NCBI GenBank assembly: GCA_036392215.1 | Contig: DASVYJ010000091.1 | Coordinates: forward strand, 1,115-65,114 | DNA: 64,000 nt | From: Candidatus Limnocylindrales bacterium | Lineage (GTDB): Bacteria; Chloroflexota; Limnocylindria; Limnocylindrales; CSP1-4 | Direction of reading: 5' to 3' | Shown: positions 37,548 to 45,850 of the stretch, in pieces | Layout of the letters: each line of letters begins with the position of its first letter | How positions within the stretch are numbered: the stretch's first letter is position 1 | The notes under the pieces: model-generated | The model's input: only the letters and a program-made list of their open reading frames with translations | The model's database searches: none | Told to the model about the DNA's origin: nothing | Program-made: the position numbers and the translations under genes

Positions 37548-38642
37548 TCAGGCCGGTCGGACGTCGGGGTTGGGGAGCAGCACGTCGCGGACGGCTGCCA
37601 TCAGGTCGTGGTACGAGCCGACGAACGCGCGCAGCGTGCGGACGGCAGGCCCGAAGGTGTCGAACTCGGCCGGCGTGAGCCCGTCCGGCTCGTAGGCCCG
37701 CCGGAAGTCGGGAAAGCGCGCCTCGAGCTCGGCCACGATCGCCGGGTCGACGGGGCGGTCCATCCTAGGTTCGGGGACGATGCCGCTCCCGTTGAAGCGG
37801 ACCTGCCACTGGTGGGTCAGGGTCATCGCCACATCGCCGCCGACGAGCTCCGTCCAGTGGAGCGGGTGGCGGTAGGCGGCCGAGAGCAGGCGGCTGCGGT
37901 AGCCGCGGGCCTGGAACAGCTCGTAGGCTCGCTTGAAGACGGCGATGCCAGCCCAGTTCGGGGCGGTCGGGTCGACCGCCAGGTCGTCCCGCTCGACGAG
38001 GACCTTCAGCCAGTCGTCGAGGCGGCCGATCATGATCGTGACGATCGGGGTCATCGCCGAGGTGTCCTGGCCCGCCCCTTCCCGGCGCGCCAGGCCACGC
38101 TCGACCGCCTCCGCCGCGGCGAGGGCCTGCGGGACGCTGAAGGAGACCGTGGCGTTGATGTTCACGCCGCGCGCGGTCGCCTCCTCGATCGCCTCGATGC
38201 CGGCCGAGGTCGCCGGGAACTTCACCTGGATGTTCGGGCCGAGCCCGGCGAAGCGGACGGCCTGCTCGACCATCCGGCCGGGGTCGCGGTAGTTGGCCGG
38301 GTTGGTCTGCACGGACAGGCGGCCCTTGCGGCCGCCCTCGCGCTCGAAGACGGGCTCGAGCACGGCGGCGCCGCGGACCGCCATCTCCTCGATGACCTGC
38401 CAGGCGATCTCCACCTCGGACGCGGTCGGCCGGGCGTCGGCGATCTCGCGCACCCGCGGCAGCCACGTCGCCCGGTCCTTCTTCATCACCTCGAGGACGA
38501 TGGACGGGTTGGACGTTGCGCCGGTCGCCCCCCGCGCGACGGCGTAGGCCAGCTCATCGACGTCGCAGGAGTCGTTCCAGTAGTCGGTCGGCGTCTGCTC
38601 GGTCATCCGCAGGAGCGGACTGTCCACCAGCGTGGTCGCCAT
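37548..38642 (-). CDS. tal: transaldolase
   Basis: Start MATTLVDSPLL (aa 18 of the track ORF; a later M is possible). Motif GATGATSNPSI and the Schiff-base lysine region. Confidence 0.8.
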   Translation of the reverse strand: MATTLVDSPLLRMTEQTPTDYWNDSCDVDELAYAVARGATGATSNPSIVLEVMKKDRATWLPRVREIADARPTASEVEIAWQVIEEMAVRGAAVLEPVFEREGGRKGRLSVQTNPANYRDPGRMVEQAVRFAGLGPNIQVKFPATSAGIEAIEEATARGVNINATVSFSVPQALAAAEAVERGLARREGAGQDTSAMTPIVTIMIGRLDDWLKVLVERDDLAVDPTAPNWAGIAVFKRAYELFQARGYRSRLLSAAYRHPLHWTELVGGDVAMTLTHQWQVRFNGSGIVPEPRMDRPVDPAIVAELEARFPDFRRAYEPDGLTPAEFDTFGPAVRTLRAFVGSYHDLMAAVRDVLLPNPDVRPA

Positions 38643-38691
38643 CTCTTCGGGGATACCTCCGGCACTCGTGCTCGCCGTATGAGACCAAATC

Positions 38692-38722
38692 ATCGATCAT
38701 CGATGATAGGGCCGAACGGCCC
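38692..38722 (+). promoter_or_regulatory. 31-bp composite palindromic motif, copy 1 (ATCGATCATCGATGAT-A-GGGCCGAACGGCCC)
   Basis: A relatively AT-rich palindromic half next to a GC-only palindrome (GGGCCG-AA-CGGCCC). It lies in the divergent promoter region between tal (start 38642) and the GNAT gene (start 38921). Confidence 0.5.
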
Positions 38723-38920
38723 GTGGAGCGCGCGTCGGCCGCGATCCCCTCGGCCTTCGGCGACCTCCGCCGCGCCCGTCGACGACGGGGTCCGCCAGCC
38801 GCTCCGTCCGTCCCGACAACGGGCCGTTCAGCCCTGAGCCGCCCGCTGAGGCGTCCATACGATAGCCCGACCGAGCGCCCCGGGCGCGCGAGCCGGGGAC
38901 GAGGGAGCGGGAGGACGGCG

Positions 38921-39823
38921 ATGGACGTGCTGGTCGGCGAGCGGGCGTCGGGAACGGACGGCGGGCAGGGGTTCATCATCCGCGAGGCGGTCCTCGAGGA
39001 CTGGTGGGAGTGCGGCCGGATCTGCTACGAGGCGTTCGGGACCGTCGCCCGAGCCCACGGCTTCCCGGAGGACTTCCCCTCGGTCGAGGCCGCTGCGGAG
39101 CCGATCCGGGGCATGATCCTCAGCCCCTCCTTCTACGGCGTCGTGGCCGAGTCGGACGGCCGGGTCATCGGCAGCAGCTTCCTCGACGAGCGAGCCGCGA
39201 TCCGAGCCATCGGCCCCGTCACCGTCGATCCGAAGACCCAGGACGTCGGCGTGGGCCGGGCCCTGATGCAGGCGATGCTCGACCGTGTCGAGGCCTGCGC
39301 TGCCCCCGGCGTCCGGCTCGTCCAGATCGCCTACCACAACCGCTCGCTCAGCCTCTACACCAAGCTCGGCTTCCAGGTCCGGACCGCGCTGGCCGCCATG
39401 CACGGGCCCGCGATCGCCCTGCGGCTGCCGGGCTACGACGTCCGCCCGGCGACCGCCGCGGACGAGGCCGCCTGCAACGCGCTCTGCCGCCGCGTGCATG
39501 GGTTCGCCCGTGCCGGCGAGGTGGGCGACGCCATCGCGGCGGGGAGTGCCCTCGTCGTTGAGCGGCTCGGTCGCATCACCGGCTACACGACCGGTGTCAC
39601 GTACTGGACCCATTCGGTGGCCGAGACAAACGACGACATGCGGGCGCTGATCGGGGCGACCGCCGACTACGGGACGCCGGGCTTCCTCGTCCCGACCGGC
39701 AACGCCGAGCTCTTCCGCTGGTGCCTCGAGCAGGGTCTGCGGGTCTTCTTCGTGACGACCCTCATGACGGTCGGGATGTACCACGAGCCCGAGGGCGTCT
39801 ACTTCCCGTCCGTCGGCTACTGA
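38921..39823 (+). CDS. GNAT-family N-acetyltransferase
   Basis: ATG after GGGAGGACGGCG. 300 aa with acetyl-CoA-binding motif regions (VGVGRALM, RSLSLYTKLGF). Confidence 0.7.
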   Translation: MDVLVGERASGTDGGQGFIIREAVLEDWWECGRICYEAFGTVARAHGFPEDFPSVEAAAEPIRGMILSPSFYGVVAESDGRVIGSSFLDERAAIRAIGPVTVDPKTQDVGVGRALMQAMLDRVEACAAPGVRLVQIAYHNRSLSLYTKLGFQVRTALAAMHGPAIALRLPGYDVRPATAADEAACNALCRRVHGFARAGEVGDAIAAGSALVVERLGRITGYTTGVTYWTHSVAETNDDMRALIGATADYGTPGFLVPTGNAELFRWCLEQGLRVFFVTTLMTVGMYHEPEGVYFPSVGY

Positions 39824-39946
39824 CCCTTCGCAAGGCTGGTCCTCGCGCGCCCCGGCCGCCTGGCGCCCGGCGGACGCGGACCGCGTTTCGCCGCCGCCCT
39901 CCGGCCGGTCCGACGGCCCCTTGCGCCCGGCTGCGCGTGCCCCATA

Positions 39947-39977
39947 ATCGATGATCGATGAACGGGCCGAACGGCCC
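39947..39977 (+). promoter_or_regulatory. 31-bp composite palindromic motif, copy 2 (ATCGATGATCGATGAA-C-GGGCCGAACGGCCC)
   Basis: 28 of 31 positions identical to copy 1, in the same orientation, 1.25 kb downstream and immediately after the GNAT gene. It sits upstream of the membrane-protein gene at 40085. Confidence 0.5.
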
Positions 39978-40084
39978 TTGCCCCTCCCCGGGAAGCCCGC
40001 CGAGTCTGTCGCCCGGCAGGCCCGCCTGCCCGAGTCGTGCGACCGATCCGCTGGAGGGCGCGATCGGACAGTCGGAGGTGTTCG

Positions 40085-40699
40085 GTGGAGACGGAAACCA
40101 GGAACACGATCCCGCTCTGGTTGGCGGTGGCCATCACGGTCTGTGTCTCGTTGCCGTTCGGCATCTGGCTCGGCAACTACAACCTGCCGATCTGGGCCTC
40201 GTTCATCGTGTGGGCCGAGTACTTCGCCCTCGGCGCGAAGCCCTCGGCGCTCAAGATCATGGTCCCGGCCTTCATCCTCGGGGTGATCGTGGCCGAGATC
40301 ATCATGACCGGCTACATGCTCGGCTCGAAGGGGATCGGGACCGGGACGATCCTGTCGGTCGGGGACTGGGCCTTCACGCTCGACAACCTGGTCCTGTTCA
40401 TCGCGTGCTTCATCGGGTTCTGCATCTTCATCTACGCCATGAAGTACTTCCCGGTCACCCAGACGGGCTCCCTGCCGTTCTTCAACGGGATCTCGATGGG
40501 CCTGGCCGTCTTCTTCACCGGCGCCTTCAACAAGGCCGTCGGGGCGGGCATCGACCCCAATCTGCTCCCCGCGGTCGCGGGCGTCGGGGCGGTCCTGGCC
40601 GGCCTGCTCGGCGCGTTCCTCGGGTGGTTCAACATCGTGATCATGTTCCCGCGGCAGGTCCCGTCCGCCTCCGCAGGCCGCGAGCCGGCCAAGGTCTGA
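40085..40699 (+). CDS. integral membrane protein (possibly DUF1097-like)
   Basis: GTG at 40085 with a GGAGG SD. The track ORF start at 40037 is Arg-rich. 4-5 TM helices. Lower GC and different codon usage than the flanks. Confidence 0.55.
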   Translation: METETRNTIPLWLAVAITVCVSLPFGIWLGNYNLPIWASFIVWAEYFALGAKPSALKIMVPAFILGVIVAEIIMTGYMLGSKGIGTGTILSVGDWAFTLDNLVLFIACFIGFCIFIYAMKYFPVTQTGSLPFFNGISMGLAVFFTGAFNKAVGAGIDPNLLPAVAGVGAVLAGLLGAFLGWFNIVIMFPRQVPSASAGREPAKV

Positions 40700-40837
40700 T
40701 CGACGCCACGTCGGGTCCGGAGCCGGGCGTGCCGAGGACGGCTGGAGGAGCCGTCCGGCACCCTGCGGCGCCGCGCAACGGGGAAGGGGGTGCATCGGGC
40801 AGACCTTGGACCTGACGTAGCGGCCCCGCTGGAGTGA

Positions 40838-40866
40838 CGGGTCCTCGTCGCTCGGACGAGGACCCG
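40838..40866 (+). terminator. stem-loop terminator candidate (12-bp perfect stem, 5-nt loop)
   Basis: cgggtcctcgtc-gctcg-gacgaggacccg, about 140 nt downstream of the 40085..40699 stop and upstream of the 40937 gene. Confidence 0.45.
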
Positions 40867-40936
40867 TGCCCGACCGGCACACGGCGTCGGGAGACGCCGA
40901 CCAACGCGCGAGCATGCACCCTGGAGGTCATGTCGA

Positions 40937-42721
40937 ATGGCAGTCGCCATGAAGGAAGAAGTCCTGGGCCAGTTCCTGGGCAGTGAGGACTTCCCGGTCG
41001 ACTGGAAGTCCGAGGCCGAGAAGGAACTCTTCTGGGTCTACGACGATCTGCACTGCCCGCACCCCCTCAGCCCGATGTACTTCGACATCGGCGGCTGGTG
41101 GCTGAGCTGCGACCACATGTTCCGGCGGTTCGGCACGCCGTTCGCGACCGACTGGATCGCCAAGAACGTCAACGGCTACCTGTACACCGCGGCCATCCCG
41201 GCCGACGCCTCGTTCAAGGTCGAGGCCTCCGAGTACGACAGCCAGATCCAGGCCGTCGTGCCAGTCGATCCGGGCTATGCCGGCAAGATCGGGACGTACC
41301 TCGGGGCCGTCCTGCCGACCTACGGCAACGAGTTCACGGCCTGGTGGCGGGACCGACTGCGCCCCGAGATGGAGCGCAACTTCGCCTACCTCGAGGACAA
41401 GTTCGACGAGGTCGAGCGCGACGACTGGAGCCTGCCCCAGCGGGCCGTCCTGCTCGAGGACGCGATCGACATCCACGATCGCCACTGGAAGATCCACTGG
41501 ATGCTGAACTTCGCCCAGCTGTCCGCGACGCTCAACCTGCGGGCGGTCATGGAGAAGACCCACGGCAAGATCGACGAGGTCCTCCTGGGGCGCCTCCAGA
41601 ACTCGGCCAAGGACCGCAACTGGGATTCCATCGAGGCCCTCTGGAAGATGAAGGAGGAGGCCAAGGCCGATCCGGTCCTGGCGCCCGCCTTCAAGCACGA
41701 GACGGCCCACGAGATCATCGCTGCCCTCAAGGAGACCGAGCGCGGACGCCAGTTCATCGCCGATCGGGTCGTGCCGTACCAGAAGGAGTATGGCTGGCAC
41801 GCGGTCTGGAGCCACGAGTTCATCTTCCCCAGCGTTCGCGAGCACATGGAGCCCGTGATCGAGCTGGTCCGCGGCTACATCGAGACGGACTACGACTACC
41901 CGAAGACGGTCGCCGCGCTGGCCGCCGACATCGACGCCGCCGCCCGCGAGATCCTCGAGGGGCTCGAGGGCGAGGCGCTCGAGGAGATGCGGGCCGCCAA
42001 CGACATCAACCTCAAGATGGCCCCGCTCACCCCGGACCATCACTTCTACATCGACCAGGGGGCGAACGCGCATCTCCGGATGGCGCTCATCCTCTGCGGT
42101 CGCAAGCTCGTCGAGCTCGGTGCGCTGGACGACGCCGGCGACGTCGTCTTCTTCCAGTACAACGAGCTGCGGGTCTTCATGGGCGACCCGTCGGCGATGG
42201 ATGGCAAGGCCCTCGTCGCGGAGCGCAAGGCCGAGCGTGAGAATGCCTACACCTTCCGGCCGAAGGAGTGGATCGGCACCTGCACGCCGACGCAGCTCGC
42301 CTTCCCGTACCTGAACCTGTGGGGCTTCCCCGACAAGTTCTACCGGAAGGAGAGCACCGTCGCCGGCCAGATCAACGGCATCGGCGGCTCGCCGGGCGTG
42401 GTCGAGGGCGTGGCCCGGGTCGTCCTCCGCGAGGACCAGTTCGACGACGTCCGCGCCGGCGACATCCTGGTCTGCCAGATGACGAACCCGGCCTGGGTCG
42501 TCCTCTTCACGAAGATCGTCGGCCTCGTGACCGACGCCGGCGGCACGGTCTCGCACCCGGCCGTCCTGTCGCGCGAGTTCGGCATCCCGGCCGTCGTCGG
42601 GACGTCCGTGGCCACCCAGCAGATCAAGAACGGCGACCGGGTCCGCATCAACGGGACCACGGGCCTGGTCGAGGTCCTCGAGGCGGCAGTCCAGTCGTCC
42701 AAGGCCGAGTTCGGGATCTAG
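40937..42721 (+). CDS. PEP-utilizing-enzyme mobile (phospho-His) domain protein with a ~470-aa N-terminal domain of unrecognised family (rifampin-phosphotransferase / PpsA-like architecture without an ATP-grasp domain)
   Basis: ATG with a GGAGG SD. C-terminal 110 aa = PEP-utilizers domain (GSPGVVEGVARVV...CQMTNPAWVVLFTKIVGLVTDAGGTVSHPAVLSREFGIPAVVG). The N-terminal domain lacks the GGK ATP-grasp motifs. Markedly lower GC than its neighbours. Confidence 0.75.
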   Translation: MAVAMKEEVLGQFLGSEDFPVDWKSEAEKELFWVYDDLHCPHPLSPMYFDIGGWWLSCDHMFRRFGTPFATDWIAKNVNGYLYTAAIPADASFKVEASEYDSQIQAVVPVDPGYAGKIGTYLGAVLPTYGNEFTAWWRDRLRPEMERNFAYLEDKFDEVERDDWSLPQRAVLLEDAIDIHDRHWKIHWMLNFAQLSATLNLRAVMEKTHGKIDEVLLGRLQNSAKDRNWDSIEALWKMKEEAKADPVLAPAFKHETAHEIIAALKETERGRQFIADRVVPYQKEYGWHAVWSHEFIFPSVREHMEPVIELVRGYIETDYDYPKTVAALAADIDAAAREILEGLEGEALEEMRAANDINLKMAPLTPDHHFYIDQGANAHLRMALILCGRKLVELGALDDAGDVVFFQYNELRVFMGDPSAMDGKALVAERKAERENAYTFRPKEWIGTCTPTQLAFPYLNLWGFPDKFYRKESTVAGQINGIGGSPGVVEGVARVVLREDQFDDVRAGDILVCQMTNPAWVVLFTKIVGLVTDAGGTVSHPAVLSREFGIPAVVGTSVATQQIKNGDRVRINGTTGLVEVLEAAVQSSKAEFGI

Positions 42722-42733
42722 GGAACCATCGAG

Positions 42734-43447
42734 ATGCGCCGCAGCGCCCCGATCTCACGCAGCACCCTCAGCGACCAGGTCAAGGAGTACCTGCTCCAGG
42801 CGATCATGGCCGGGGAGTTCGCTCCCGGGTCGCGGATCGTCGAGACCCGCGTCGCCCGGGACCTCGGCATCAGCCAGGGCCCCGTCCGCGAGGCGCTGCG
42901 GGACCTCGAGGCGCTCGGCGTGATCGAGAGCACCGCCTTCCAGGGCGCCCGCGTCCGGCACCCGAGCAAGGCCGAGCTGCTGGAGGCGTACGGGATCCGA
43001 GCCGAGCTCGAATCCCTCGGCGCCCGGCTCGCCCTGCCCCGGGTGACGGACGCGGACCTGGAGGAGCTCCAGGACCTCGTGTCGGAGATGCTCCGGGCGG
43101 CGACGCTCGGGGACACCCGCGCGGAGGCCCGCATCGACGCCACCTTTCACACCCGGGTGATCGAGATCGCCGGGAACACGACGCTGCAGCGGGTCTGGCG
43201 CTACCTCGAGCCGGTCTCGCGGACCTACATCACCTTCGTCACCCCCGGCATCGACGCACGTCGGATCGCCGACGTCCACGGCCCGATCGTCGAGGCGCTC
43301 CGGCGCCGCGACCCGGAGCAGGCGGTCGAGGCCGTCCACCGCCACTTCCAGGTCGCCGGGGCACAATTCGTGGCGGGCTTCCGGGACGACCCGGAGGCCG
43401 CGCCCGGGGCCGCGCTCGCGGCGCCAGCCGAGCTGGCCGCAGGCTAG
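42734..43447 (+). CDS. GntR-family transcriptional regulator (FadR/FCD subfamily)
   Basis: HTH region (VARDLGISQGPVREALRDLEALGVIES) followed by an FCD domain. Confidence 0.75.
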   Translation: MRRSAPISRSTLSDQVKEYLLQAIMAGEFAPGSRIVETRVARDLGISQGPVREALRDLEALGVIESTAFQGARVRHPSKAELLEAYGIRAELESLGARLALPRVTDADLEELQDLVSEMLRAATLGDTRAEARIDATFHTRVIEIAGNTTLQRVWRYLEPVSRTYITFVTPGIDARRIADVHGPIVEALRRRDPEQAVEAVHRHFQVAGAQFVAGFRDDPEAAPGAALAAPAELAAG

Positions 43448-43597
43448 GCCGCGGCTGCCAGACCGCCGGGAGGTCCTTCGGGCACTCGGACCGTCCCGTC
43501 GCCGGCCCTGCCCGCGCCGACCGGACCTGCACGCACAGCCACCACGCCGCCACGACACCACCCCGCCGGGCGTTCCGGCGACCGGAGCAAGGAGCAC

Positions 43598-44485
43598 ATG
43601 GACCAGCAGCTGCGACTGTCAGAGGAGATGTCGGCCGGGAGCGCGCGGCTGCGCGTGGACGTGTTCGGCGGTGAGCCGCGCGAGCACGTCCTGGAGGACA
43701 TGAACTTCCTCAACTACCGTCTCGCCGATGTCCGCCTCGAGCCGGCAGTCACCCTCCCCGAGCCTGACATCGTCTGGCACCAGGACGGCGAGAAGGACAT
43801 CTGCTACGAGCAGGGCCGGATGCGCTTCACTGGCCCGTGGCCGGCCGGCCCGATCCAGAAGGTCATCGTCGCCATGCTCGCCCTGCGGATGGAGGCGACC
43901 GGCCTGCATCCCTTCCACGCCTCGGCCGTCCGCTACCGCGACCGGACCGTGATGTTCCTTGGCGGCGAGTCGAACCACGGCAAGAGCATGGCCCAGCTCG
44001 AGGCCTGCCGCCGCGGAGCCCTCCTGGTCTCGACCGAGACGACAGTGGTCGACGAGGCGGCTCGGGCGGTCATGGGCTCGAAGGAGCCGTTCATCAAGAA
44101 GCGCACCGAGGGGACCGAGCGGGCCGACAAGGCCGCCCCCGAGCGCGGCGTCCAGAAGTTCTTCGAGGCGATGCCGACCTGGGAGCTGTACCCGGAGGTG
44201 AGCCCGGTCGACGTCGTCGTCGTGCCGGCGATCGACGGCAACTTCGACCCCACACTGAGCGAGATGATCCCCTTCGAGCGCCAGTTCCAGACGCTCCACT
44301 CGCTCCAGAACTACTTCCTGCTGAACGAGCTGCTGGCGCCGGGCTTCCCGATGCCGATGGTCGACACGGAGGCCCTCCGGCGGACCCGGGCCGGCTTCGT
44401 GGCCCGCTTCAGCGAGCGGCCCTACTACTTCGTCCGCGCAGCGACCCCCCAGGTCCTGATGGACGAGGTCGACAAGGTCATCTGA
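43598..44485 (+). CDS. HPr-kinase-C-terminal-domain-like P-loop protein (putative small-molecule/protein kinase)
   Basis: AAGGAGC SD. The motif LHPFHASAVRYRDRTVMFLGGESNHGKSMAQLEACRRGALLVSTETTVVDE matches the HprK-like Walker A region. 295 aa. The first Mo-hydroxylase gene starts 19 nt after its stop. Confidence 0.5.
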   Translation: MDQQLRLSEEMSAGSARLRVDVFGGEPREHVLEDMNFLNYRLADVRLEPAVTLPEPDIVWHQDGEKDICYEQGRMRFTGPWPAGPIQKVIVAMLALRMEATGLHPFHASAVRYRDRTVMFLGGESNHGKSMAQLEACRRGALLVSTETTVVDEAARAVMGSKEPFIKKRTEGTERADKAAPERGVQKFFEAMPTWELYPEVSPVDVVVVPAIDGNFDPTLSEMIPFERQFQTLHSLQNYFLLNELLAPGFPMPMVDTEALRRTRAGFVARFSERPYYFVRAATPQVLMDEVDKVI

Positions 44486-44504
44486 GCGGAGGCGCGGCAG
44501 CGCG

Positions 44505-45365
44505 ATGCAGACCTTCGCCTACGAGCGGCCGACGACGCTCGCCGAGGCCGTCGCCCTCCTCGAGCGCCACGGCCCAGACGCTCGGCCGCTGGCCGGCGGC
44601 ACGGACCTCGTCATCGGCCTCCGCGACCGGAGCGTGAGCCCGGCGGTGGTCGTCGACCTCAAGCGGGTGGCCGAGCTCTGCTCGGACATCCGGGCGGCGG
44701 ACGGCTGCCTCGTCATCGGGGCGCGGACGGTCATGACCGACGTGATCGCCGACGAGCGGGTGCGGCGGCATTTCCCGGCCCTGGCCGAGGCGGCCAACGT
44801 CGTTGGCTCGATCCAGATCCGCAACCGGGCCACAGTGGCCGGCAACATCTGCAACGGCTCGCCCGCCGCGGACACCACCCCGCCGCTCCTCGTCTACGGG
44901 GCGGTCGTGGTCGTCGCCGGCCCGGCCGGGTCGCGCCGCATCCCGATCGACGACTTCGTCGTCGGGCCGGGCGTCACGGACCTCCGGCGGGGCGAGCTCG
45001 TCACCGCCATCGAGCTGCCGCTGCCGACGGCGCACCAGGGCTCCGCCTACACCCGCCTGACGCGGCGGCGGGGGACCGACCTCGCCTCCGTGACCCTCTG
45101 CGTGTCCGTCGACGAGGCGGGCGTGACCCGCCTGGCCTACGGCAGCGTCGGGCCGCGGGCGTTCCTCGTGACCGACGAGAGCGGTGTCCTGGCCGACCCG
45201 GCCGCGTCGGCCGAGGCGAAGGCGACGGTCCTCGACGGCCTGTTCGCGGCCGCGAGCCCGTCCCCCCGCTCGCTGCGGGCCGGGCCGGAGTACCGCCGGG
45301 CCATGCTCCGCGTCCTCGGAGCGCGGGCGTTGCAGACCGCCGTCGAGCGGCTGGCGAAGGGATGA
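44505..45365 (+). CDS. molybdenum hydroxylase FAD-binding subunit (CoxM/XdhB-like), set 2
   Basis: Motifs LAGGTDL and VAGNICNGSPAADT. 286 aa. Confidence 0.8.
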   Translation: MQTFAYERPTTLAEAVALLERHGPDARPLAGGTDLVIGLRDRSVSPAVVVDLKRVAELCSDIRAADGCLVIGARTVMTDVIADERVRRHFPALAEAANVVGSIQIRNRATVAGNICNGSPAADTTPPLLVYGAVVVVAGPAGSRRIPIDDFVVGPGVTDLRRGELVTAIELPLPTAHQGSAYTRLTRRRGTDLASVTLCVSVDEAGVTRLAYGSVGPRAFLVTDESGVLADPAASAEAKATVLDGLFAAASPSPRSLRAGPEYRRAMLRVLGARALQTAVERLAKG

Positions 45366-45850
45366 CGACGATGCCATCGAGCCTGCCCATCGAGCTCACC
45401 GTCAACGGGCGGCGCCGGTCGATCGAGGTCGAGGTCAACCACACCCTCCTCGACGTCCTCCGCGACGACCTCGGCCTGGCCGGCACCAAGGAGTGCTGCG
45501 ACGTCGGCGAGTGCGGCGCCTGCACGGTCGAGGTCGATGGCCGGGCGGTCAACTCCTGCCTGATGCTGGCGGTCGAGGCCGACGGCGCCGCGGTCACGAC
45601 CGTGGAGGGCCTGGCGACCGACGGGCGGCTGAGCCTGCTGCAGGACGAGTTCCTGGCCAAGGGCGCGGTGCAGTGCGGCTTCTGCATCCCGGGCCAGCTG
45701 ATGGCCGCCCACGCCCTGCTGGCCGGCAACGCCCACCCCAGCGTGGCGGACGTCCACGAGGCGCTGGCCGGCAACCTCTGCCGCTGCGCGGGCTACGAGC
45801 AGATCACCGAGGCGGTCCTGGCCGCCGCGGCCGCAGAGGCGGAGCGATGA
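45362..45850 (+). CDS. molybdenum hydroxylase (2Fe-2S) subunit, set 2
   Basis: Cluster motifs CDVGECGACTV and CGFCIPG...CRCAGY. ATG overlaps the upstream stop. Confidence 0.85.
   Translation: MTTMPSSLPIELTVNGRRRSIEVEVNHTLLDVLRDDLGLAGTKECCDVGECGACTVEVDGRAVNSCLMLAVEADGAAVTTVEGLATDGRLSLLQDEFLAKGAVQCGFCIPGQLMAAHALLAGNAHPSVADVHEALAGNLCRCAGYEQITEAVLAAAAAEAER

Noticed and set aside
39951-40286. ORF starting MIDERAERPL inside motif copy 2. Motif copy 1 in the GNAT frame also translates to IIDDRAERPV.
   Set aside because: The peptide similarity arises from near-identical DNA motifs that happen to be in an open frame. Downstream translation is Arg/Ser junk. The real gene starts at the GTG at 40085 with its own SD.
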